Positions 49,847-61,700 of a stretch of DNA of 64,000 bases are shown one piece after another; the stretch's first letter is position 1, and each line of letters opens with the position of its first letter. Position numbers and translations under genes: made by a program. This stretch comes from Yuukianura sp. NJ FZ-2021. Lineage: Eukaryota. Under the pieces are notes generated by a model, which did no database searches, was not told the DNA's origin, and saw only the letters and a list, made by a program, of their open reading frames with translations. Where the stretch lies: the NCBI GenBank assembly GCA_046563655.1, contig CM102287.1, positions 4,154,001 to 4,218,000 of the forward strand, in the 5' to 3' direction.

Positions 49847-51293
49847 TCTTCAGCATAACTTTAGTAAATTTTGTTAGGTAAAATGATGACCTTAACCTTT
49901 GACCTTGTTCGGGAAGACTTGTTTATGATTTAATTCCTTCGTTCTTAATTTTTTCTCTTGTTTAGAACAGTTTCGTTTTCACTTTTGTTTTTCTACTCCT
50001 TCTAATAATCAGCGTTTACAGCGCAGCGCAACTATAGTTAGCCCATTTTAGAATTTCAATTCTAATTAAAAGTTAATTGAACAATTAAGTTTCAGAAGGA
50101 GTTTTAAAGCATCATTTTTTGCCAAGGTGGATCTTATAACATGAAAGTTAAGTTAAATTTAATTAATTTAATTATTAATTAACTTGGTAAGTCTTCGTAA
50201 AACACCTTTCCAGCAATGTAATTTTCTTAAGGTGAGAACCCACAACAATAATTATTGTTCAACCAATCAACTTCTTTCTAACAATACAGAGGGGCGGGGC
50301 GTGAATATAATAAAATAAACAGCATTTTATGTGTAAGAGATATGCCTTTGTTATATCCAATAATTTTTAGAGTCTCCGTAACCTCTTGACCCACTAACAC
50401 TAATTAACTTAACTAATTAACTAAATATTTTAGTTAATTAACTGATTATAGCCTTTATTTCAATTGGAGCAGTTTTAGCTCCTCCTCCTTTCAACTTTTA
50501 GTTTATAAAGCAGGAGTCTCTTTTTTATATTTTAGAGAAGCGTAATGACGTGCGTAGACGTAAGGCGTCAACGCAAGTTTTTTGAACTTGAAAATTTTGA
50601 TTTTCAAAATTTCAAAACAAAAATTATTGTGCTCTGGACCTTCCCGAACAACACCCGCCTTATTTTTTGGGATTTTGAAAAAAGTGGATCATAAAAAAGA
50701 GAAATGTAGATCTTCCGGACTTTTGTTTTTTGAGTTACAGTTCAGAGCCAAGTCTAAAAACAGAAACAAAAGAGAGTGATTTTTCAAAAAAAAACTGGCA
50801 AACTTTTCCAAAACAAAATTCAAAACACCATTTTCGAATTTTGAGTTTTAAAAAGGACTCAAAATACTCAAACGCAGAGATTCCTCCAAAGACTCAAAAA
50901 CTATCACAAAAAGCTTGACAACAAAACCCAACTAACTATTCAAAATTTCTAATTAGTTTTATAAATTCCCGCGTAAATTCAAAACTACTTTTACGATTTA
51001 CGAGAAACGAAATGGAAAGCGGATGGAAACGGTTAATTTTTGATAGAAACAAGAACGTTTTTAGTACGTTTAGAGAAAAAGTGCGTGTTGGTGGCAGGTC
51101 AGAGGGCATTTGGACATTGACAAGAGACACAAAAATTGGCGTGACAGCAGCAGTAGCAGCATGGGGTGAAGTGAGACTTTAGACGACGACGAAATTCAAG
51201 TAGCTACACAGGCACCATTACGCTTGCGCTGAAATCTCAATGGAACAAAACGCTTTTGTGTGTCACAGAAGACGGAATTTACGGTTTCAATTT

Positions 51294-54200
51294 TCATACC
51301 ATCTCGTTCTCATTTTCGTCTGGAGACGTTTCCAGCGCTGGCAGCGGCGGGGGCCTGGAAACGGGTGCGGAGCTAGATCGGTTTCCTGTTCCAAATCCTT
51401 TCACCGGAGTTGTCGGACATCCTTGCACCAAAAATCAATCAATTAATTGCACAACTAACTAATTAAGGTACAACCAAGGTTCCTTAACAACCGACTTGTA
51501 TTTCCTACAACAGGTTGTCCAATAACTCAGGGTTTCCAAAAATCTTACTTCAATCAAATTTCTGCAGCAATTCTGACCAATCCCATTTACATTACATGAG
51601 AAAAATCACCATAGGAAGGCAGATTATTTTTAAACAAAAACTTCCAGTTATTGTACAACCTGGTGTAGAGAGGGTTTTTTTTTTGTTTACGAACCTTGGG
51701 TACAACTTTTTAGTTTCGGACTTACCCAAGTCACCGCTGTCGGAAGACTCTGTGTACTCTGGAGTATACTCTTCTGTCCACGTCGTCGGAGTGTCCGTAG
51801 CAGTTCGGTCAATCGCTGGCGGTGAGCGCAGTCCACGGTGACCCAACCCCGAACTTACACCCGACGTTGTGCTTGAAGAGGCCACACTTAACGTAGATCT
51901 AAACGTTCTCGTTTCGACATAGACGTCTGACGCTGAAATCGTTTCCACTTCTGACGTTGTCACGGACGACGCAGTCGTCGTCGTGCCTGGATTGAATGAG
52001 CTGCTCTGCTGAGACGAAGTTGGACGACGAGACGAACCGAGTGAGTTACTGAGATTCCAGGAGTTACGGATCAGCCGTCCATCGGGCATCATTGGCTGCA
52101 TATGAGCCATATACTGTTTAGAATTCATACTGCTAAGGGTTAACGGTACGCCAACTGACTCTGTAAAAGACAAAAACATAAACACAATTAGTTCAACAGT
52201 CCATTTCATCCTACACTTTTTCCACAAAAACACCTTCATGCACTAAATTTTCAACATTTTCTCGTGATTGTGTGTTCATGCAACTATTTCCGTGATGCAA
52301 CCCTCCCTCGCTTGTATACAACTGCCATGCAATTTCCAAAACGCTGCAAAATTTTTCAAAATTTTGTCAAAACGTTTTTTTTCTAAAAAAAAAAAAAAGC
52401 TCACTCGTCTTAAGTTAAAAGTTAAAAGAGATTATTAATGAATGACAGACCATATTGGGGAAAAAGATGCGAGGAGGGCAGCAGAGAAGAAGAGAAGTGT
52501 TAATTATTGTTAGTAATTCTTAGATTTCAAGAAATTTTTTTGAAATTTCTAGAAATTTTGAAATTTTCAAGCAGTTGTGGTAGTGCTGTCTTTCAAAATC
52601 GGACCTTTGGAAGGTCCCGCCGGTCCGAGTCCATCAGCCGCCGCAGAGCCACTTCTCTTTGGTGTCCGCGGTGGAACCGGCGGTGGGACTTTTGATTTCG
52701 TACTCCCCGTGTGCCCCGCCCTCAAAACGGCTGGGTAACTCGTCGTACTTGGTGGAGCAACTTGTGGTGGGGCAGCACCACCACCAGTTTCCGTTGTACT
52801 GGCTCCGCCTCCCAAAGTACTGATCCCACCCTTATTCTTTTGAACAGCCAAAATTTGAGTTTCCTCGGCAGCGTTCCCACCATTTCCGACCGTAGGCCTT
52901 TTCCCCACGGAATTTGAATTAATAGTTTGTGACGGTGACAGCGTCTGCGCTTGAGTAGAAGACGCTGCAGGATGGCTACAAGGCTGTGGAGGTACACTTC
53001 CTAAAGTTATCAATTCAAAGAAGTGTGTCACAAGCCAAGCTTTTTAAAAATTTTAGTCTTGAAGTGGTCAAGGTAGAGAAAAAATCAAGTTTTCAAAACA
53101 AGATTTAAAAAAGTAATTAATATAAACCGAATTTTCAAAGCAATTGACATAAAATCCCCAGAAAGCAATATCCTTTCCCCCCTTTTCTGAAAACCAAGCA
53201 AACTTAAAAGCTTCCCCTGAAGAACCAAACATTTAGAAATCAAAGATTCAAAAAATTTAAAACAAAACAAATGAAATTTCGTTTTTTTAAAAAGCGGTTC
53301 AACAAGAACTCACCAACAACATTGGTGTTCGGTTCGGAGTTCTCCAGTTGCTCTCCGGAAGCTTTTAATCTCGGTGGCGGGCGTTTCTTTGATGGCGAAT
53401 GCTTTAGAGCTGACAAAATTAAACAAAAGAAAAAAATTCCAGATTTTAGACAATTAGGACCAACGGACAATTTGGACAACAGGTAAACTACTACACAACA
53501 ATTTGACACACAAGTACAAAAAGACACACACATTTACATCCACACACAATTACACACACAGGTCACAAAGGTCAAGGTCAAGGTCACACAGTTAAACATT
53601 TACATTTGCAGAATAAATGCTTCGTATTCTCTCCTAAACACTTTCAAAAAAATTATAAACACAATCAAAACAAAAACAGCAAAATTTGAACAAAAATGTA
53701 AAAAAAAACACAAACAAAATGACCTAGGTTGTGAAAAATCAGGAAGTGCATAAGCCATTAAGGAAGCGTCCAAGGTATTGCTACTTTTTTGCAAATTTTT
53801 AGCCAGGAATTGCGAATTTGGCAATTTTCTAAAGCAAGAATTTGCAAAAACCACCTTTTCTAAAAATGGTTTTGTGAAAGCATTTTGAAAAGAGAAGCAA
53901 GTGATGCTGATGAAGCAATTTTTTAACAAGATTTAAACTTCTTGTTTCTTTCTGCAGCAAGGTTTGCAAAAAGAGTGATGTTGACTTTTTTTTTTATGTA
54001 AAAAAAAAGTTTTAAAAAGCTTTTTCTGTTTTTCAGAAAACTGAAAAATGCGGGAATTTTTTAGAGTATTTTTTATACCTAAATAGGTAGAGACGAGATT
54101 ACGGAATTTACGATGATTTCCTTTGATTTCGGGTAAATCCACTATAAAAAACCACCGAAAATTACGTGGAAAAAAGTCAGAGTTAATTTTTTGTGTGAAT

Positions 54201-57055
54201 TTTTTTTGGCAGTGGTTGGTTGGTTGCATGGCGAGAGGAAGTCAAGAAGATGAGAACGTGGACAGTCAATTGTTTTTAGGCAGCAAGACAAAGAAACCAA
54301 GAGAGAAAAAACAACAACCATCAAATTTGTGTGAATTTTCAAAAATTTAACAACAAGATTTTCAAAAATAGGGTTTTAAAAAAATGTTTTCAAAAACCCT
54401 TGTTTAAAAAAACACAAATCAAAGTCGTGTGTTTCAAACTCAAAATAAAAAAAAAAACCTTTCAAAAAGACAGAAGACGAGAAGTGAGTTTCAAATCAAA
54501 GTTTGTAGAAAATGTGAACGAGAAAAACTAAAACGTTTCGTTGCATTGCACTTTGCAAAGTTTCGACAATTCAGTTTTCAAAAAGTGTCAAGATTTCAAA
54601 AAATGCAATGAAACTGAATAATTTCAAAAATGTGGACTTACGGGAAGGAATTTTACGGAAAACGCTTTTTGTCATAAAAGTCATAAATCTCTCAGCGTAG
54701 AATCCAGGCCGATGAACGGAGACTGTATCCTAAAAACAACAAAAATTAAACTTAAAAAAACGCCAAACGTGAAATTTTCGCGTACGCGGATAAAAAGTCA
54801 AACTTACTCCGTCGTGTATCATGGCTTTGAACGTATGTTCTAATTTCTTCTTGAGTCGATAACTTTGGAGAATATCAATCAAGCCAAGGAATAAAAGAAG
54901 TCGCTCTCCCTTAGCATTTCGAGCAGGAATTCCTCCTGGCCTAGATTTTCAAAAAAAAAAAAAAAAAAAAAATCATAAAAATCACATATTGAAAAGTTAC
55001 ACTCCGTTGTCAAAATTTTGTTGAAAAACTCCTGGTATCTCTGACTTTACTGCAGTTACGGTAACATACTTTCCCGAAATAATCGTTTTGAAAAACAAAA
55101 GTTAAAACGAAACGTACGGTACATCCTCCTCGGCATCAATCGGTTCACTTTCGGCTTGAATACTTTCCAGAGCCGTCGAATGTTGAACGACTTTTTGACG
55201 ATTGACGGACCGGCTACGACTGAGTCCACTTCCAGGCGTGAAATCTCCAACTTCATCGTCCTCATCATCACTATCAACTACTCTAGCTCCTCGTTCCTAC
55301 AAAACATAATCAAAGTTAAGTTAATTACTCAAGTTAAACATTTTCATAAATACTGAATCTTGACCTTACATGAGCACGTTGTGCCTTCTCCTTTGCTGCA
55401 ATATCCAGATTGTGGATTCCTACCAGCAGAGAGTAGTCCATGATTTTGAAACTTTCTAGAACAAGACAGTCTCGCTGCATAGTTTTAATTAAAGCTTGGC
55501 AAGTATCTGCTTCTAGTAGGAGTCCGTCTGGATGATGTTCCAGGAAATCCAAATCCTTGTAAGTTGGATACGCCTTTTGCTGTTCCTGTTTGCTAGCCTA
55601 CAAGTAATTGAGTTTGGACAAGAAAAATCAATTAAAGACTTCCCTCTCTTTTGACTTTCGCATGAGATTCGTATCTCATGCGTCATGGGATATCTAAAAG
55701 TAGAACTTGGAGAAAAGTAGTAAGCTATAATGAAATTTACCTTTCGTTTGTAAGTGGATCCTTTCAAGTCGTACTTTTGATGCATTTTGACGGAAGAGGG
55801 TAATAAGTTATTCATCACAACGAGCCTCACATTTTTAGAATTACACTGATAGCAAAATAAACCAAAGAACTTGGGCAGAAGTGTCCTAGGATTTTGATTG
55901 AGGTTCATATAGTATCCTGGAAGCAACTTTTGAAGGAAATTACACTCTTTCAACATCACCGTTTTGACAATAAATTCATCGTCATCAGTCAAGTAAAAGA
56001 TGCTGCCACTGGCTCCAGGATTGGACAGTTCTCGCATCGGTACATTGCACATTGACATCTGAAAAGACGAAATCAAACAACAACATTTGAGATAAAACAC
56101 TAATCAGCTGATACAAGATTTGTGCAACTTTACCAGAAAGTCATCTGGCCTAATTCCAAATAAATCACGAAAGTAACGAAACGCAATAGGAGCATAGGTT
56201 TTGAACCGGAAGTCGGAGTAGGTATGAGCCTGTGTGTGATTGGAGCCGCTCGCAGGAAAGTATGTCTCCTCCACAGTCACGAAATCCTGACAACAGATGA
56301 CAATTTAACAATAGAATTTGAAATTCCTCAAAAACAATGGAATTTTTACATGAATTGACCAACGTTTTAGTACAACTTACAGGCATGAGGATATCTCTGT
56401 CTGGTTTGGAAGCCAATCCACCGATAGCATGTTGTACACCCAGCTGGATTGAGCCCATGATTTGAGACGTTTGGATCTTCTTGTACGTAACATCTCCTTC
56501 CTTGACTCGTCGATGACCGATTTTCTTCTCCCGATCTGATTTACTACGAACGACAGAAGGAGCTCCAGAAGGACCTGGACCAGGAGTAGGCGTTTTCGGA
56601 CCATTGGAGTCATTGAGTCCTACCAGCGGAATCTGAAACGATAGAATCAAAAATGTATGTCAATCGATTGATCTTACAAATGGACAGATCAGTAATCATT
56701 AACGCAGCAGCCTCCATATGCAACAAGTTCAGCCAAGATTTTTTTATACTACTACGTTACCAAATCATTGAGATTTTTCTTTCGTTATGTATGCACCACC
56801 TCAAGTACTCTGACCCACTCACCCACTTAGCAAAAAACGTTATCATTAATGCGATCGCAAACACTCATGTAGTAGGTCAAGCACCTTATGCCTTACGGAA
56901 ACTCATGTCTTCGATAATGATCCAAATTGTATAGATTTAACTTAATGAAGATGATGACATGTTACCTCAATCGGTGGCGGTCTGTTGACCGGTTGACCTT
57001 CGTTGGGTCCTAGTGCATACGGATTGGCATTCCGGTCATCTTCCTCATCTGCCAT
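51294..57055 (-). CDS. PIP5K1: Type I phosphatidylinositol-4-phosphate 5-kinase; exons 57055-56966, 56632-56381, 56286-56134, 56058-55741, 55597-55370, 55296-55118, 54940-54808, 54729-54642, 53409-53314, then 53000-52567 or 52160-51726 + 51421-51294
   Basis: [88 protein letters not shown]. Confidence 0.95.
51475..51698. mobile_element. hAT-like MITE in a PIP5K intron
   Basis: TIR CAAGGTTC/GAACCTTG with a perfect 8-bp TSD GGTACAAC. Confidence 0.85.
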
Positions 57056-57245
57056 CGTAGGGCCTGGAGGTCAGGGTGGGGACGATACAGAGATCACAAT
57101 ACGTTTTCGTGGTTCCTGCACGTCAAAGGAAGTGGGAGAGAAGACGTTTGTGGTTGACAGGGTTGTGGTAGCCTCCCTTTTAGCCAGAACAGTCAATTAA
57201 GAATCCGTGTCCAGAATTAAGTTGACTTTTAATTAATTTGGAGTA

Positions 57246-57402
57246 CAGTGAGCTGCGAATGTTTTGGACCAAAAAACCATTACCAAGACCTCTTTTCTTT
57301 TCCACCTCGATTTCGACCCTTGATCCAAGGGTCGAAATCGAGGTGGAAAAGAAAAGAGGTCTTGGAGAAGGTTTTTTGGTCCAAAACATTCGCAGCTCAC
57401 TG
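57246..57402. mobile_element. Palindromic Tc1/mariner-like MITE
   Basis: TA-CAGTGAGCTGCG...CGCAGCTCACTG-TA, an almost perfect 157-bp hairpin. Confidence 0.85.
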
Positions 57403-57561
57403 TAGGTGTTATGACAAGTGGGAGCGTATTTTCAGTGGAAAACTAACATGATAACTCCCACTCCCTTCCTCGTTACTCTCTCGAATGCTAAAAACTTCCG
57501 TCCGACTTGTCCGATATCCGACAAATCTCTTTCAAAATAAACTTTCATGAGATCCCCCAAC

Positions 57562-57913
57562 CATAGCTCGGCACTTCTCCGATCCCCGCTCTCCGCTCTT
57601 GCAATCCCCGCTCTCCGATCCCAGCTTTGGGAACGGGGATCGCCGCTCTCCGCTCTTTTCAAAAAGAGCGGAGAGCGGAGACGTGGGAGCGGAGCAAATC
57701 TTCCGATCTTTTTCGCTCCCCGTTCCCCGCTCCTAATGCTAATAGCATGGGGAACGGAGATCGGGGAGCGCCGCTCCCGGGGGATGGGAGAGCGGGTGCA
57801 TGGGAGCGGAGGGTAGGCGCAAAAGATCGGGGAGCGGGTGCATGGGAGCGGGGGGTAGGGCCAAAAGATCGGGGAGCGGGTGCATGGGAGCGGAGCAAAA
57901 GTGCCGAACTCTG
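57562..57913. mobile_element. hAT-like GC-rich MITE
   Basis: TIR CATAGCTCGGCACTT / AAGTGCCGAACTCTG with a perfect 8-bp TSD CCCCCAAC. Internal GGGAGCGG repeats. Confidence 0.85.
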
Positions 57914-58737
57914 CCCCCAACAAACCACCCTGTCATCTCATAACTCCATAGCATGCGCCGTAGAATGATGTCTAACTTAATTAGTTAATTGGCACAAACC
58001 AATTATGATTAACGATAAATGATATTACCTTGTGATATCAGTGCATTTAGTCACTGGATGGACATTCGTTGAGGTCAACGGGCGTAGAAATGTCGATGGC
58101 CCTGGTCAGGGCGGTGCACGACTCTAAATTTGGAGGTGTGAAAAATGAAGTGTTTGGTGTTTTTGCTTTCGATTGCTTTGGCTATAGGCTTTCCCTTTCA
58201 TCTCTAGGACATAGGCCCTTAGGATCCACTTAACGGGACATTGATAAGAAGGGAATTCTTGGTTAGGTTTGTTTTGATTCTTAATTTAGATAAACATTAC
58301 CACACTTCTATTAATTAACTGCGGTGGTCCTGCTCTTCCTCATTCATTACTGCAAGTTTCCGGTGGTGTCGTCCCTTGAGCCTTGACCTCTTAAATGTGA
58401 CAGGTCAAATCGGCTGGCAATTTCAATTTAGGGAGACACTTGACGCAGGTAAAAATTGTTCTATTTTTGGTTGCTTTTTGGAAATACACAGAAAACTAAA
58501 AAGTTTGTGTTGTTCACAGAATTACGCCAATAGGATTGCAGGATTCATGATTTCGAAAATGCTCAAAATTGCTATCAGTTAATCAAAGGAAATTACACGA
58601 ATTGCATATGGGTTTGGCGGTGTTTCAGTTTCGGTAAAATTAAGGACCACATGATGCCAATACGATTGACGTTCAAGAATAGATAGCTGATTTTGCAGTT
58701 ACCACAACCGATTATTGGATTATTGCTGCATGGGAAG

Positions 58738-61700
58738 ATGAAGGATCCTTTGATTTCTAATTTGAACTGCTGGCATAAAGTTGTCATTCTCCAATGCATT
58801 TGTGAGTGATTATGCCAATAATAGTATTTTTAGATTATCTGCACTGCTGCTAATGTTTACTAATTTGTTAATTAATTTTAGGCCTCACAGTAAGTGGTTA
58901 CGGAATCAAGTTCATAGTAGAGCCACAGGATACGATTGTTCCAGCAGGAGGAAGCGGTATTCTGAATTGTGCTGCCAGGTAACAAATCAATTGCTTTTAA
59001 GCGTTTAAAATGTCGTTGGAATTTGCAATTTGTGATTTGTTTCCCATTGATAATTACTAGGGGAATTCCACCGACAAATCTCCCGAGAATTTCCTGGAAA
59101 AAAGACGGATCGCTGATTTCTTTTGTAGGAGACACTCGGAGGTATAAGTGCCAACGTTAATTAACTTCTTAAGCTTCATCAATTAACTATCTCTAAGCTT
59201 TTGTACTAATCTTGCGGCTTTAATTACCAATTTATGCAGCGAAGATGAAGAGTCGTATTTCAAAAGGTTTGGAATCGTTTAGGTTCAGAGTGTTCAAAAA
59301 ACGTTTTAATTTTAATAACACTGTAAATTTTTTCACAGATCCATCTTGGCCAACGGTTCTCTCCATATCACTTCCCTGTTTCGCACCAAAGAGGCACGAC
59401 CTGATGAGGTTAGTGTCACTAACGCTAACGCTCAATTAGCTTAAGCAATTCATTAATTGTTTAACTAATTAATTGGTCTTACTTAATTTAATTAAGTTAC
59501 TGATTTAATTTCTCCCCTCGCCCTCAGAGTCGACATGAATTTGATCTGTCGATGTTTTTATTAGGGAGTTTACCAATGTTTTGTAACTTTGGATGGCGTT
59601 GGATCCATACTTTCCCGCTCAGCCAAGCTACAAACATCATGTAAGCATCAAAATTTCGAAAACTTTTCTTTTTTTTTAGTCAAATTTTGCACATTTTTAC
59701 TCAATTTGGTTTTTTTGATTGCAGCGCTTGCAAGGTTCGATGAAGAGCCGGAAGATATTACCGTCGGGTTGGGCCAAACTGCTCGTTTCAGTTGTTCAGC
59801 CCAAGGAATTCCTCCACCGACTGTCGTTTGGTTCAAAGATGGCCATCAACTGACGCTGGACTTGACGAGAATGACAATTCTCAGGTCAGGGTCACTTGAG
59901 CTCAGCCATGTCCAACTACTGGATGAGGGTAAGCACAACCAACATCTTTTGACAGCCAAGGTCAAAGGTCAGTTGACAATGTTTATCTCTGCATTGTAGG
60001 GGCCTATCGCTGTAACATTTCCAATGGAGACAAGTTTGCCATGAGCAGAGAAGGACGCTTGACACTAAATCGAAGTCCAGTTCGAGATACTGCTCCAGTA
60101 TTTACGACAGTACCGAAAAGTCAGAGTGTCATGGCATCTCAGTCGGTTGTTCTGGAATGCTCGGCAGTAGGATATCCAGTTCCGACTTTATCTTGGATCA
60201 AGAACGGAAAAACAATTGATTTAGAGTAAGATTTTTATCGCTCGAATTTCGATAACTTTTTTATCCTTAAGTAATTTTTTACACAATTGTTATGATTTAT
60301 GAATTTGTAACAAACTACTGAAGATTGTTTCAATTTTCCAGAACTTTGGGTAATCGTTACGCACTGGTTGGTGAAGGGAACCTGGCAATTTCAAACGTAG
60401 AAGAATCTGATAAGGGTACCATTGTTGTAAGTTTCGGTTTTTAAAAAAAGAAACTTTTCTAAAAGGATCTTACCGGATAAGCCTTGAGAGAGTCTAGAAA
60501 AAGAACAATGAACATTTTGAAATTTTTTTATTTTTTGGGTTTAACTTTAGTGTCGTGCGGAAAATCATGAAGATTCTACAGACGCTTCTGCTACTCTGGA
60601 TGTCCAAGGTTAGATGACCATAACGTTCGATAGCTTGTTAGGTTGACTTTCCAACGTTATTTACTAACCTTTGACCTTTTCTATTGTTTTTGAAACAGTT
60701 CCACCCAGAGTACTCACAACTCCAGGAAACTTTTACGCTTATGAAAAAGAGGACGTGGAACTACCTTGTAAAATTTATGGAAAGCCAGGTTCGACATTTT
60801 CTGAAATTCGAACTCGTAAGTGTTTTTAGGTTTTTTTAAAAATATACTTGGAAACTTTAATTTCAGCTCCAGTAATCCAGTGGTATAAAAACGGAGACAT
60901 GATTATGGAGGGAGACTACTTCCAAGTATGGCAACTTTTTTTTTTACCATGAACCATACCATTTCAAAAGTAAAAATTTCAGAAAAGATTTTCAACTTTT
61001 CGGCTCTGTTTTTGTTTTCTTAGATCATCAACGGAAATAATTTGAAAATTTTGGGATGCTTGAGTTCTGATACAGCGATGTACCAGTGTTTCGGAACTAA
61101 TCCTAGCGGAAACGTCCAAGCTTCAATGCATCTTCGAGTTCTCAAGAAAGGTAACGCATCCGTTCCATTTTTTTGTGTCCTTTCCGTTTCAACATTCAGC
61201 GTTTCATATTTCAAATTTAAGCACTTCCGAGCTTCGCTTTTTTCTAAAAATTGAAAACTTTATTTCTTTGTCTTAGAAAATTCTTTGTGTCTGTTGTGTC
61301 TTGGGTAATTTTTTCCCCTCATCATTTTTGTCCGTTTTTTTGATTTGGAATTAATTTTTGAATTTTTGTTTTGTGCATTTTGTGGTTGTTTTTTTGAATT
61401 TTCCTGCTCATGAAAAGGCGAAGAGATTCCTGAAGAAATCCATCTCGATGACCTTGACTCCTCCTTTCCAGGTGAAATTCTGCCTCCAGCCATTTCTGCC
61501 GGAAATGTCACCGTGGTTCCATCAGCACCGCGCGACCTCGTCGCTTTGCTCGTCTCAACAAGATTTGTAACACTTTCCTGGAAAGCTCCAGCACATCTAT
61601 CCAGCACTGGAAAACTAATTGGGTACAGTGTGTATTACAAAGAACTGGGATCAGATCGAGAGCGAGTTGTGAACACAACGGAAGCCGCAGTGGAGGAAGT

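Noticed and set aside
57432..57968. Overlapping GC-rich ORFs
   Set aside because: Internal repeats of a TSD-flanked MITE.
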